64,000 nt of DNA, taken from NCBI GenBank assembly GCA_963675785.1, contig OY776562.1, positions 2,816,001 through 2,880,000 of the forward strand, given 5' to 3'. Positions 37,565 through 47,202 of the stretch are shown here, piece by piece (position 1 is the stretch's first letter; each line of letters begins with the position of its first letter). The notes beneath the pieces are model-generated. The model saw nothing but the letters and a program-made list of their open reading frames with translations. It was not told where the DNA came from and did no database searches. Source of the DNA: Anaerolineae bacterium. GTDB taxonomy: Bacteria; Chloroflexota; Anaerolineae; UBA1429. Made by a program: the position numbers and the translations under genes.

Positions 37565-38242
37565 TTAATCTGTTTCATTGTCGTGATTACCGGATGCTGG
37601 TATCGCCCCCAAGACGGCGATATCGAGACCTGTTTCCAGATCCTTTACATCTCGAATGGTATCAGATTCAAGCCATTCGAGGATGACAACGACGACGAAT
37701 CCTGCCAATAGGCCGAGGATAGCCCCTGCCAACGTGTTGATCTTCCACTTGGGCTTGAATAGAGTTCCGGGTTCGGCAGAATCACGAATAGTTACTTGAA
37801 CGCGGTCTGATTCGTCCTGATCCAACATGACGACTTCGATATATTCGACAAAAACTTCTGCCGTGGTTTGGGCGATAGAGCTAGCCAACTCTGGACTGTA
37901 ATCGTCGGCATCGATCTGGATGAGATAATCCTCTTCGATGGGGCTAACCGAAAGCTGCGAAATGAGTTCATCCGTCGTAACATCGAGTTCCAGGCGGTCG
38001 ATAACTTCAGAAGCTGTGGTTTTGGACATAATTTGCCCGGCATAGTTTCTCATAAGGCTCTTGATACTTTGAGTAAGGCCTAGGTCTAAGCGGGCAGGGA
38101 TGACGTTCAAGTAGATGGTCGATCGGTAAATGGGGGTACGCAGTTGGCTAAAAGCAAATGCTCCTGCCGCTGCAATCACCATAACGATGACAATGATCCA
38201 TATCCGTTTGGAAAAAATACGAAAATAATCTTTGATCTGCAT
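37565..38242 (-). CDS. Wzz/CpsC (YveK)-like polysaccharide co-polymerase
   Basis: Two TM helices, TPIYRS, C-terminal VLGAIP. Confidence 0.82.
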   Translation of the reverse strand: MQIKDYFRIFSKRIWIIVIVMVIAAAGAFAFSQLRTPIYRSTIYLNVIPARLDLGLTQSIKSLMRNYAGQIMSKTTASEVIDRLELDVTTDELISQLSVSPIEEDYLIQIDADDYSPELASSIAQTTAEVFVEYIEVVMLDQDESDRVQVTIRDSAEPGTLFKPKWKINTLAGAILGLLAGFVVVVILEWLESDTIRDVKDLETGLDIAVLGAIPASGNHDNETD

Positions 38243-38312
38243 AGATTCCTCTCAAAGGCACTTGCTTTAGAGATTATAACATGCTGCTACAGGTTCCCAA
38301 ACACACCTGTGT

Positions 38313-38999
38313 TTAACGGTTAAAAGTTTTTTTGCCCGGCACTGTGGCTAATACCGGAATTCCCAGTTCTTCCAAATCCCTTGCGCCTCGCACCGAGTTA
38401 TCCAGATAGTCGAGCAGGAATTCGAGCAGAATGCCGACTGCAAAGGCGAGAAAAAGGCGAATTGGAAGGTCTAGCCTATCACGCAAAGATTCTCCGACGA
38501 GCGTTGGGTGGGGTGAATCGATGACAGAGATGACAGCCTGATCTGTACCGAGTTGCTCAAAATAAGTTTCTGCATTTGTGGTTAGAATCTCAACCACAGC
38601 ATCGGCGATGGACTGTAATTGTTGAGCATCAGACCAGGTAATATTCACAGATAGAATGCGATGAAGCTTTCCGGATGAAGTGGAACCCTGGATGGCGCTA
38701 GTTTGAACCGCGACGCCAGAACGTTCAGCAACATCATTGGCAAAACTCTCGCTTTTGACGACTTCGGAGAGATCATCGATCAAGTATTCTGAGGTTAGCC
38801 ACGTGTAGTACCGATCATAGCCATAGACATCATCCGGGAGAGTTTCAGGCTCTATACCCACGACAAAACGCATGCTCGCAGAGTAGATGGGGGAAGCGGG
38901 CTGCTTTAGCATGAAATACGAAGCAACAACGACGATTAGCAAGACAAGTGTAATCCAGGCTCGGCGTTTGATGATTTGCCAATAACGGCGCAAGAGCAT
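38313..38999 (-). CDS. Second Wzz/CpsC-like protein
   Basis: Two TM helices, PIYSAS, YLDNSV...LGIPVLATVP. Confidence 0.78.
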   Translation of the reverse strand: MLLRRYWQIIKRRAWITLVLLIVVVASYFMLKQPASPIYSASMRFVVGIEPETLPDDVYGYDRYYTWLTSEYLIDDLSEVVKSESFANDVAERSGVAVQTSAIQGSTSSGKLHRILSVNITWSDAQQLQSIADAVVEILTTNAETYFEQLGTDQAVISVIDSPHPTLVGESLRDRLDLPIRLFLAFAVGILLEFLLDYLDNSVRGARDLEELGIPVLATVPGKKTFNR

Positions 39000-39015
39000 C
39001 TGTGTTCCCCCGAAT

Positions 39016-39393
39016 TTAGTTAGCTAATATAGCCCAGAGATGCGGACCAAATACAAAAAGACCTATCCCCACAGAGGAAATCGCGGCGACTAGGACTGCA
39101 CCAGCTGCTACATCCTTTGCCTGTTGTGCCAGTGGATGCCGTTGAAGAATCATCAGATCGACAATTCTCTCTGCCACCGTATTGAGCATCTCACCGACAA
39201 AAACGAGCGTGATGGCCACAATGATCATTGCCCACTCGATTGTAGAGAGACCAAGGATTGAGCCTAGAGCGATGGCACCAACTGCTGCCGCGACGTCTAT
39301 CCTTGCGTTGCGCTCTGTTTTGAACACATGAGCAAGGCCTTGAGTTGCACATTGGAGGCTCTGGCGAAAGCTTGTATTGGCACTATTCTTCAT
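39016..39393 (-). CDS. dgkA: Diacylglycerol/undecaprenol kinase family protein
   Basis: ERN, EMLNTVAERIVD, AKDVAAGAVL. Confidence 0.88.
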   Translation of the reverse strand: MKNSANTSFRQSLQCATQGLAHVFKTERNARIDVAAAVGAIALGSILGLSTIEWAMIIVAITLVFVGEMLNTVAERIVDLMILQRHPLAQQAKDVAAGAVLVAAISSVGIGLFVFGPHLWAILAN

Positions 39394-39438
39394 GCGCCAC
39401 CTCTTTGTTTAGACGCACGACGGACTTGATGGTTCCAT

Positions 39439-41541
39439 TTAGGCCCGGGTTTGCTCTGGCTCTGGGTATTTTACCCTGGGATGAAATACCCCTTTGAGAA
39501 CATCCTCAAAAGCTGCTTCGATTAGTGTTAGATCGGCAAAAGTAAGGTCACACTCGGCGAGTTGTCCTTCAGACAACCGTTCCTGAATGATTCTATTGAC
39601 GAGTTCGTGCGTTTCATTGGCAGATGAAGGCCGTCTGGCGCGAACTGCTGCTTCGATACTATCAGCCAGCATAACAATGGCAGTTTCCCTTGAACGAGGA
39701 CGGGGGCCCGGGTAGCAAAATTCTTCTTTGGGAATGTCTGTATCCGGATTCTGTTTGCAGGCTGTTCGGTAAAAGTAGCTTGCAAAAGTAGTTCCATGAT
39801 GTTCGTTGATAAAGGAGCTCACACGTTCCGATAAACGATACTGACGCGCGAGATCCATGCCATCTGTGACATGTGCGATAATAATTCTCGCGCTTGTAAG
39901 AGGATCCAATTTGTCGTGCGGGTTATTACCATCATCTTGGTTTTCCGCAAAAAAGTTGGGCCGGCTGAGTTTACCGATATCGTGATAATATGCGCCAACG
40001 CGAGCCAACAAAGGGTCAGCATCAACGACTTGAGCTGCTCTTTCTGCCATATTGGCTACGATGAGTGAGTGGTGATAGGTCCCCGGTGCTTTGATCGAGA
40101 GTTGCCTGAGAAGCGGATGCGTGGGACGGGCTAGTTCCAAGAGCTGTAAAAAGGTGCTGATGCCAAAAAGTCTTCCGGTTATGGCAAATGTGATAAATGA
40201 TAGACTCGAACAGATCGCGGCGTTCAAGCCGGAGACACCTAATAGTTCCAAAAGGCCAGTGGTATCATAAGATTTTGCGTCAATACGAAAGATCATAACC
40301 ACGGCGGCGTTACAGATAAAGAGGTAAAAGGCCGTTTTGACAAAGGCCCCCATGTTGTCAATATGTCGTACCCCGAGCGAAGAAACGATGGACCCCAAGA
40401 CAGCATAGGTGACGAGTTCCAATGATGCACCTGGAGTAAAAGCAAGAATGACGCCACAAATGACGGCAGATAGAATGCCCATCTCTCCGTCCAATAGAAT
40501 CGTCATCAGCATTGTAACAAATGCTGCAGGTACCAGATAGGGAATCAACACATGACCGGGAACCATGAGGCGGATGGCGATGGCATACGTAACAATGGCC
40601 AGAGAGAAAAGAAGCAATCTCCTTGGGCGATGAAGCATATCCGGGCGAATGACCAGAATGTATGCTGCCAGAATAACAACAAGAATGAGGGCATAACCGA
40701 TACCAGAGACTGTATCTTCCCAGGTTTTCTCGGTATCTTGAAGAATGCCATACTGCTGCATTGTTTCGATGGCGAGAGAATCGACGATTTCACTTTCATA
40801 GACGATCAAGTCGTTCTCACGCACTGTTACTTGAACAGGATCAACCTGTTCTTGCGCTTGTTCCCGTGCTGCCAGCGTAGCATCTACGTCCAAAAAGCTG
40901 TTTGGCGTGATAAAGGCGGCAATCAATTCATAGATGATGCTGTTCTGTTCCAAGGAAACAGCACGGCTGATCAACCTTGAGGCTCGATCAGCCGCCTCTT
41001 CATTTGTTTCAGAAGTGATCTCGTCGCGCATGATGAGATCAAGAACCCGCAATGCCTCATTTGTTATCTCATTCCATTCATCACTAGAAAGTGTGAGAAT
41101 GCGTGATATGGCCGTTGAAGAGAACTGTACCTCAGAGATATCTTGAAGAAATCTCAATTTTTCCTGATAGGTGGTCGCATTGTTCTCAAGGATAGTCGTA
41201 ATATGTTCAGAAAGGGTTTGAAGCTTGTCTATTTGATCCAGGCCAATCTGTGGATCGGCCTCTGTGAAAATACTGTCGACCTGATCTGCAGCTTCTAGTC
41301 GGGCCTCTTCAGTACGAATTTCGCTGGCATAAATAAGAGTGTAGGGTGCGCGAATCGTGCGCGGTGCAGGGTCGCCGACAGTAACCGCCAGAGTCTCAGG
41401 AGATTGAAGCAGGATAAAGGTCAGAGACAGGGCTGCAAAGAAAAGGACACCCATCAATGCCGCGTAGAGATAGACACGGCCCTTGTGGCGTTTTACTTTT
41501 TTGTTGTTTTTTGAATCAGGGGTTGAATTTGGTGTTGTCAT
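39439..41541 (-). CDS. 7TM-HD phosphohydrolase (PgpH-like cyclic-di-AMP phosphodiesterase)
   Basis: Extracellular domain, multiple TM, APGTYHHS, YYHDIGK, HHGT, MLADSIEAA. Confidence 0.9.
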   Translation of the reverse strand: MTTPNSTPDSKNNKKVKRHKGRVYLYAALMGVLFFAALSLTFILLQSPETLAVTVGDPAPRTIRAPYTLIYASEIRTEEARLEAADQVDSIFTEADPQIGLDQIDKLQTLSEHITTILENNATTYQEKLRFLQDISEVQFSSTAISRILTLSSDEWNEITNEALRVLDLIMRDEITSETNEEAADRASRLISRAVSLEQNSIIYELIAAFITPNSFLDVDATLAAREQAQEQVDPVQVTVRENDLIVYESEIVDSLAIETMQQYGILQDTEKTWEDTVSGIGYALILVVILAAYILVIRPDMLHRPRRLLLFSLAIVTYAIAIRLMVPGHVLIPYLVPAAFVTMLMTILLDGEMGILSAVICGVILAFTPGASLELVTYAVLGSIVSSLGVRHIDNMGAFVKTAFYLFICNAAVVMIFRIDAKSYDTTGLLELLGVSGLNAAICSSLSFITFAITGRLFGISTFLQLLELARPTHPLLRQLSIKAPGTYHHSLIVANMAERAAQVVDADPLLARVGAYYHDIGKLSRPNFFAENQDDGNNPHDKLDPLTSARIIIAHVTDGMDLARQYRLSERVSSFINEHHGTTFASYFYRTACKQNPDTDIPKEEFCYPGPRPRSRETAIVMLADSIEAAVRARRPSSANETHELVNRIIQERLSEGQLAECDLTFADLTLIEAAFEDVLKGVFHPRVKYPEPEQTRA

Positions 41542-41582
41542 GCAATCCTGCTTGAAAACGCGCAAAAGATAATCGGTTGCGT

Positions 41583-42026
41583 TTAGGCGAGCTTGCTACG
41601 GACGAGCTCACTTACAAGGCGTCCATCGGCTCGGTTGCCCACCTTGGTAATAATCGCTTTCATCGCACGCCCCATATCTTTGATCGAAGTTGCCTGAATC
41701 TCTGCCAGTGTCTCGACGATGATCTTTTCGAGCTCCTGGGCGTTCATCTGGGTTGGAAGGTACTCTTCAAGGAAGACGATACCGGCCTTTTCTTCCTCCA
41801 CCAGATCGTTACGGTTCCCTCTGGCAAACAACTCGATCGCTTCTGCGCGCTTTTTGATCTCTTTGCTGATGATATTTTCGACTTCTTCATCGGTAGCGGG
41901 GCGGTGCATCTCTATTTCGGCATTCTTGATAGCCGCACGAACCATGCGGATGGCGTTCTTGCGGATGACGTCTCCAGAGCGCATGGATTCTTTTAGATCA
42001 TCCATCAGCCGATCTTGTAATGTCAT
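41583..42026 (-). CDS. GatB/YqeY domain protein
   Basis: DLKESMR, IKNAEI, YLPTQM, DMGRAMK, RADGR. Confidence 0.92.
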   Translation of the reverse strand: MTLQDRLMDDLKESMRSGDVIRKNAIRMVRAAIKNAEIEMHRPATDEEVENIISKEIKKRAEAIELFARGNRNDLVEEEKAGIVFLEEYLPTQMNAQELEKIIVETLAEIQATSIKDMGRAMKAIITKVGNRADGRLVSELVRSKLA

Positions 42027-42112
42027 GGGAGTGATCCCTCTCTGTGTCTTTTGGACGTTCGATTATAAAAGCGCCCCTATATAATGTCAAGTGGCTAACT
42101 ATACATCCTGTA

Positions 42113-42850
42113 TTACAATTGTAAACCACCATCAACGCCAATTATCTGCCCAGTTATATAGCTAGACCGGTCAGAGCATAAAAAACTTACTAGATTAGCA
42201 ACATCTTGCGGTTGCCCACAACGACCGAGGGGAATACGCGCGCGATAGGAATCCATTTTATCCTGAGAGACCCCTTGCCACATGTCGGTTTCTATCATGC
42301 CCGGCGCAACAAGATTCACGGTAATGCCAACGAGTCCCAATTCACGGGCCAGTGTTTTGGTCAATCCTATCAGACCTGCTTTTGATGAGGCATAATTGAT
42401 CTGTCCGGCGTTTCCTGCCTGTCCGACGATGGAGCCCAGGTTAACGATTCTTCCCCATTTTTGCCTGATCATGTATCGTTGCACAGCCCTGCAACAATAA
42501 AAAGTTCCTGTGAGATTGACGCGGATTACTTCATCCCAGGCATCTGTCGCCATATAGGCTGAGAGAGCGTCGTGATTGATGCCTGCACAGTTGACCAAGA
42601 TATCAACGCCCCCGAAATGGTTAGCTACGTCTTTGACCATGTGCTTGACCTGATCTTCATTGCCCACGTCGGCCTGATAAGCAAGGGCTGAGCCCAGTTC
42701 ATTGGCCAAGGCCTCAGCTAATGAGGCGTTTTGCCGGTAATTGATGACGACATTCATGCCATCGGCAGCAAGAATTCCAGCGACGGCTCGGCCGATGCCG
42801 CGAGAGGCGCCCGTAACGATAGCTGTTCTTTTACTAGATTCTGACATCAT
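42113..42850 (-). CDS. fabG: 3-oxoacyl-ACP reductase
   Basis: [32 protein letters not shown]. Confidence 0.9.
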   Translation of the reverse strand: MMSESSKRTAIVTGASRGIGRAVAGILAADGMNVVINYRQNASLAEALANELGSALAYQADVGNEDQVKHMVKDVANHFGGVDILVNCAGINHDALSAYMATDAWDEVIRVNLTGTFYCCRAVQRYMIRQKWGRIVNLGSIVGQAGNAGQINYASSKAGLIGLTKTLARELGLVGITVNLVAPGMIETDMWQGVSQDKMDSYRARIPLGRCGQPQDVANLVSFLCSDRSSYITGQIIGVDGGLQL

Positions 42851-42853
42851 CGG

Positions 42854-43768
42854 TCACTCGATATCTGCTTCTGTATAGGAAACACATTCTACATCAACAA
42901 GGCGTTTGACCATGCTTTTTAGAACGGACTGGGGACCGATCTCTATAAAGCGCTTGACCCCTTGGCTGGCGAGCAAACGGATGCAATCGGCCCAGTTGAG
43001 GGGAACCTTCAGTTGCTGGTAGAGGTTACTACGAATAGCGGCCGGTTCCTGGCAGAGGGAGATAGAGGTGCTGCAGAGAATTGGGACACGAGGACGTACG
43101 ATTGGTGCGTCTTTCAGGGCTGCATCCAGTTCATCGGCCGCTGGCGCCATCAAGGGGCAGTGGGAAGCGACTTGCACCTCTAGGCGTTTGACCAGACGAG
43201 CAGCGTGAACATCTTTTAACGCAGTTTCGATTCGCTCAAGCGCTATCGGCGATCCCGACAAGACAATCTGCTTGTCTGTATTGACGTTGGAAATCCAAAG
43301 ATCGTCGATGGTCAGAGTATCTAGCAGTGCTTGCATTTGTTCAAAGTCCAGGCCGATTATCGCAGTCATTCCACCATGACACTGGCTCATGACTTGAGAA
43401 CGACGGTTTACCAGGGCCAAGCCGTCGTGAAAGGATAGTGCGCCAGAGGCGGCTAGTGCGGTATATTCGCCGAGGCTGTGTCCCGCAAAGCATAAGGGGT
43501 TGGTGTTCGCGCCGAATAATGTTTCATAGAGAGCGTAACTGACAGTGTAGATGGCCAATTGCGCGTTTTGCGTCGTATTGAGAAGGTGATCTGGTCCTCT
43601 CTGGCAAATCGTAGATAAGGGATAGTTTAGCTGCGCATCTGCTTTTTCCAAGGATTGTCGCGCCGCGTCAGAAAAACCCATGCCAACGAATTGGGTTCCT
43701 TGCCCAGGGAAAAGAATAGCTGTGTCTGGTAATGACGCACTTTTATTCATCGTATTTGATTCAACCAT
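42854..43768 (-). CDS. fabD: Malonyl-CoA:ACP transacylase (start 43768 or 43750)
   Basis: FPGQGTQFVGMG, GHSLGEY, ASHCPLM, EIGP. Confidence 0.9.
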   Translation of the reverse strand: MVESNTMNKSASLPDTAILFPGQGTQFVGMGFSDAARQSLEKADAQLNYPLSTICQRGPDHLLNTTQNAQLAIYTVSYALYETLFGANTNPLCFAGHSLGEYTALAASGALSFHDGLALVNRRSQVMSQCHGGMTAIIGLDFEQMQALLDTLTIDDLWISNVNTDKQIVLSGSPIALERIETALKDVHAARLVKRLEVQVASHCPLMAPAADELDAALKDAPIVRPRVPILCSTSISLCQEPAAIRSNLYQQLKVPLNWADCIRLLASQGVKRFIEIGPQSVLKSMVKRLVDVECVSYTEADIE

Positions 43769-43808
43769 GGCATCATTGTAGCATCTTGGTAGCAAATAGG
43801 GGGAAAAT

Positions 43809-45038
43809 GTGGACAGACGCGTCGTAGTTACGGGTGTAGGAGCTATTACACCTCTCGGAAATAACATCGAGACAACCTGGGAAGCCGTTGTGGAAGGGCG
43901 TTCCGGGATAAAATCTGTAAAAAAGTTTACCCCAGACGGGCTTGATTCTCAAGTCGCTGGGCAGATTCTCGATCTGAACGCCGAGGATTTGATCAGCAAA
44001 AGAGATCTGCGGCGAATGGATTCTGCCTCAGTTTATGCCCTTTTATCGGCGCGGCAGGCTCTGACTAGCGCAGGGTTGAAAGATTACGATGCTTCTCGAG
44101 CAGGGGTGATCATTGGAACGGGCTTGGGGGGGGTCGAATCATTGCTTTCGCAATCCCACGTGATTGCCGAGCGCGGCCCACAGCGCGCCGATCCTCTGTT
44201 GATTCCTCGTTTTCTTGCCGATTCTCCTGCCGCATTGGTGAGTATTGAGACAGGATTTCAGGGACCTAGCATTTCGGTGGCGGCTGCCTGCGCAACGGGG
44301 GCTGTCGCCGTAGGCGAAGCCTTTGAGATGATCCGCGCGGGCCGTATCGATATGGCCTTGTGCGGCGCCACAGATGCTGGCATCGTTCGTGAAATCATGG
44401 CAGGCTTTTGTGCCATCAAAGCACTATCTCGGCGAAACCAAGACCCCGAACATGCTTCTCGGCCTTTTGATGTCTCACGTGATGGGTTCGTTATTTCCGA
44501 GGGGGCCGCTGTTTTGCTGATCGAATCCGAAGAACACGCGGCCCAGCGAGGGGCGCGTGTTCTGGCTTATTTGGCCGGCTATGGTCATACTACGGATGCA
44601 TTCCATATTACGGCGCCCATCGAGTCAGGGGATGTAGCGGCGCGGGCTATGACCTTTTCTTTGCGGCAGGCGGGTGTTTCGCCAGAGGATGTGGACTATG
44701 TGAATGCCCATGGCACCAGTACCGTACTCAACGATATAACCGAAACAAAAGCGATCAAGCGAGCGTTAGGGGAGAGAGCACTGACGGTGCCGGTCAGCTC
44801 GACCAAGTCTTGCACGGGACACTTGCTGGGCGCCGCAGGATCATTGGAAGCAGCCTTTTGTGTGCTGGCTCTGCGAGACGGTATCATTCCGCCGACGATT
44901 AACCTGGAACAGCCTGATCCTGAATGCGATCTGGATTACGTGCCCAACGTTGCCCGCAAGGCAGATTTGCATGGGGTCATGTCCAATTCGGTTGGTTTTG
45001 GTGGACACAATACGGCACTATTTTTCATTAAACCATAG
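43809..45038 (+). CDS. fabF: Beta-ketoacyl-ACP synthase II
   Basis: RRVVVTGVG, AACATG, RPFD..RDGF, NAHGTST, GHLLGAAG. Confidence 0.95.
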   Translation: MDRRVVVTGVGAITPLGNNIETTWEAVVEGRSGIKSVKKFTPDGLDSQVAGQILDLNAEDLISKRDLRRMDSASVYALLSARQALTSAGLKDYDASRAGVIIGTGLGGVESLLSQSHVIAERGPQRADPLLIPRFLADSPAALVSIETGFQGPSISVAAACATGAVAVGEAFEMIRAGRIDMALCGATDAGIVREIMAGFCAIKALSRRNQDPEHASRPFDVSRDGFVISEGAAVLLIESEEHAAQRGARVLAYLAGYGHTTDAFHITAPIESGDVAARAMTFSLRQAGVSPEDVDYVNAHGTSTVLNDITETKAIKRALGERALTVPVSSTKSCTGHLLGAAGSLEAAFCVLALRDGIIPPTINLEQPDPECDLDYVPNVARKADLHGVMSNSVGFGGHNTALFFIKP

Positions 45039-45039
45039 C

Positions 45040-45480
45040 CTACTTGCCGCATCTCTGCATAAGAACCTGCCAACTGCCGGTCTGTACGATCGAGTCTTTA
45101 TGATTTATGATTTCGACTGCCAGAATAGCCAAGCCGCTATCCGATGAGGGAAGACTGCGCAGCCTTTTCACGGTGATTTTTGCGTGGATACGGTCATCGA
45201 TATAGACAGGTTCTCGAAAGCGCCACTCTAGCGTCGCCAAAGCCGTTACCTGCTCGCCCAATATGCCTGCTTGCATGGCTAACCCAGAGGCTACGGACAG
45301 GATAAACAGCCCGTGGGCAATGGGGCGATGATAACGCGTGTCGGCTGCATAGGTGGTATCCAAGTGGAGCGGGTTGGTATCGCCAGAGAGGTTGGCGAAC
45401 GCGGCGACATCTTCTTGGGTTATAGAACGTTCTGAGGTGGCAAACTGCGTTCCTTCGGTCAGGTCATCCCAATACATCAA
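45040..45480 (-). CDS. MaoC family (R)-specific dehydratase
   Basis: FANLSGDTNPLH, IAHG, FREPVYIDD. Confidence 0.88.
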   Translation of the reverse strand: MMYWDDLTEGTQFATSERSITQEDVAAFANLSGDTNPLHLDTTYAADTRYHRPIAHGLFILSVASGLAMQAGILGEQVTALATLEWRFREPVYIDDRIHAKITVKRLRSLPSSDSGLAILAVEIINHKDSIVQTGSWQVLMQRCGK

Positions 45481-45506
45481 ATTCCTCCGCCCTGTGGGAG
45501 ATTGCG

Positions 45507-46154
45507 TTGAAAGCCTTAAAGCGAGTCGGCGTTGTTCTGGCTATTGTTTTGGCAGTGGCCCTTTTGGGGGTTCTTATCATAGCGGGCATGCGCTGGTGGA
45601 CGAACGAGCATTACGGGGCCATGATTTATGATATTGACGATGTGCCCGAATCACCTGTGGCTATTGTCTTTGGCGCAGGCGTCTATCCGGATGGCACCCT
45701 TTCTGCTGTGCTAGAAGACCGCGTTGAAACGGCCGTGCAGCTTTACGAGGCAGGTAAGGTGCAAAAACTCCTCATGACCGGCGACAACAGTTATATCGAG
45801 TATAACGAGCCCGAAGCCATGCGTCAGTATGCGCTCTCTCGTGGCGTCCCTGACGAAGATATTGTGCTAGATTACGCCGGCCGTCGCACCTACGATAGCT
45901 GCTATCGGGCGGTTTATATCTTTGAACTGGATCGCGCCATTTTAGTGACGCAATCCTACCATCTCGATCGGGCGCTGTTTACAGCGGATCATCTCGGTCT
46001 GCAAGTAGTAGGTGTTGCTGCTGATCTCCGCGAGTATACAAACATCCAATACTACTGGTGGCGTGAATTCGTAGCGACCCCCGTCGCCTTTTGGCAGGTT
46101 CTGGTAACGCACCCAGAGCCCATTTTAGGGGATCCCCTGCCTATTTTCCCCTAG
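45507..46154 (+). CDS. SanA/YdcF (DUF218) family protein
   Basis: N-terminal TM, IVFGAG, LEDR, TGDN, YNEP, DYAGRRTYDSCYRA, HLDRA. Confidence 0.88.
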   Translation: MKALKRVGVVLAIVLAVALLGVLIIAGMRWWTNEHYGAMIYDIDDVPESPVAIVFGAGVYPDGTLSAVLEDRVETAVQLYEAGKVQKLLMTGDNSYIEYNEPEAMRQYALSRGVPDEDIVLDYAGRRTYDSCYRAVYIFELDRAILVTQSYHLDRALFTADHLGLQVVGVAADLREYTNIQYYWWREFVATPVAFWQVLVTHPEPILGDPLPIFP

Positions 46155-47202
46155 TTTGTTGTTCAACCCATAGATTTAATGCTTCATCGACATCCTGGCG
46201 GGTGGCAGTACCCGTGGTGCCAAGGCAGCGTACCGTTACCGAAGAGGTCAGGCAACCTATCAGTGCTGCTTCCTCCGGCATTGCCCTGGCGCAAAGGGCG
46301 GCAGTCAACCCGGCGAGTGTACTATCGCCAGCGCCAACGGTATCGATGGGCCCTTTTACGCGTACGGCGGGCACTTGATGGCGTATCCCCTCGGCAAAAA
46401 CATCGATTCCGGCACTTCCCCGTGTCAGGTAAACAGGCTTGCTGATCAGCCGATTCAAGCGGATCCCTGTATCAAGTGCCTGTTCGTCATTTAGGGCGAC
46501 AGACTGCATACCCATAGCCGCTGATGCTTCGCGGTCATTCGGTTTGATGGAGATGCCTAGATATTGGCTGATCCGACAACGCGAATCGGCAACCACGATT
46601 TTTTGAGGGTAACGCCCGGCCATCTCGATGAGATTGGTTCTTACTAATTCCGTTAGCACGCCGTGGTTGGGTTCTTCTACCTGGTCGGCAACGATAACGC
46701 CATCTACATCATCGATCAATGAGGCGAGGCGATTGACAATCTCTTGTTGTACCGCCGGAGGCATCTCCGAACGGTTCTTGATATCCAATCGAGAGAGTTC
46801 GTGCGTTGTCCCGTCAGGCTCGTGCATCATGGGTTTGGTATAGGTAGGAGTTACCCGACTGCTGGCACTAATGACGGCTTGAGTATCGATGGCATGATTC
46901 TGCAACTGGCTTAAGAGCTCATAGCCGTTGCCATCCTCGCCAAGGACGGTCAACGCGCAGGTGTTTACACCCAATGAGGCCAGATTCGTGGCCACGTTGC
47001 CAGCTGCACCAGGGTTGTTGCGCACGCCCGTCACTTGGTGGGCAGGCAAGCCTGTCTCTATCGAGGTTTCTTCAAGGCAGCGGTCAATATCCAAGTATTG
47101 ATCTAGAAAAAAGTCTCCGATAACGAGAACGTTTACAGTGTTAAGACGAGAAATGATCTCGCGAATGTGCTGAATATTCACCGGGGCTCCTGCGTCAGGC
47201 AT
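46141..47202 (-). CDS. PfkB family kinase resembling the HldE/RfaE kinase domain (start may be GTG 47181)
   Basis: IGDFFLDQY, PGAAGNVA, KPN..EA, DTVGAGD. Confidence 0.82.
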   Translation of the reverse strand: MPDAGAPVNIQHIREIISRLNTVNVLVIGDFFLDQYLDIDRCLEETSIETGLPAHQVTGVRNNPGAAGNVATNLASLGVNTCALTVLGEDGNGYELLSQLQNHAIDTQAVISASSRVTPTYTKPMMHEPDGTTHELSRLDIKNRSEMPPAVQQEIVNRLASLIDDVDGVIVADQVEEPNHGVLTELVRTNLIEMAGRYPQKIVVADSRCRISQYLGISIKPNDREASAAMGMQSVALNDEQALDTGIRLNRLISKPVYLTRGSAGIDVFAEGIRHQVPAVRVKGPIDTVGAGDSTLAGLTAALCARAMPEEAALIGCLTSSVTVRCLGTTGTATRQDVDEALNLWVEQQTRGK

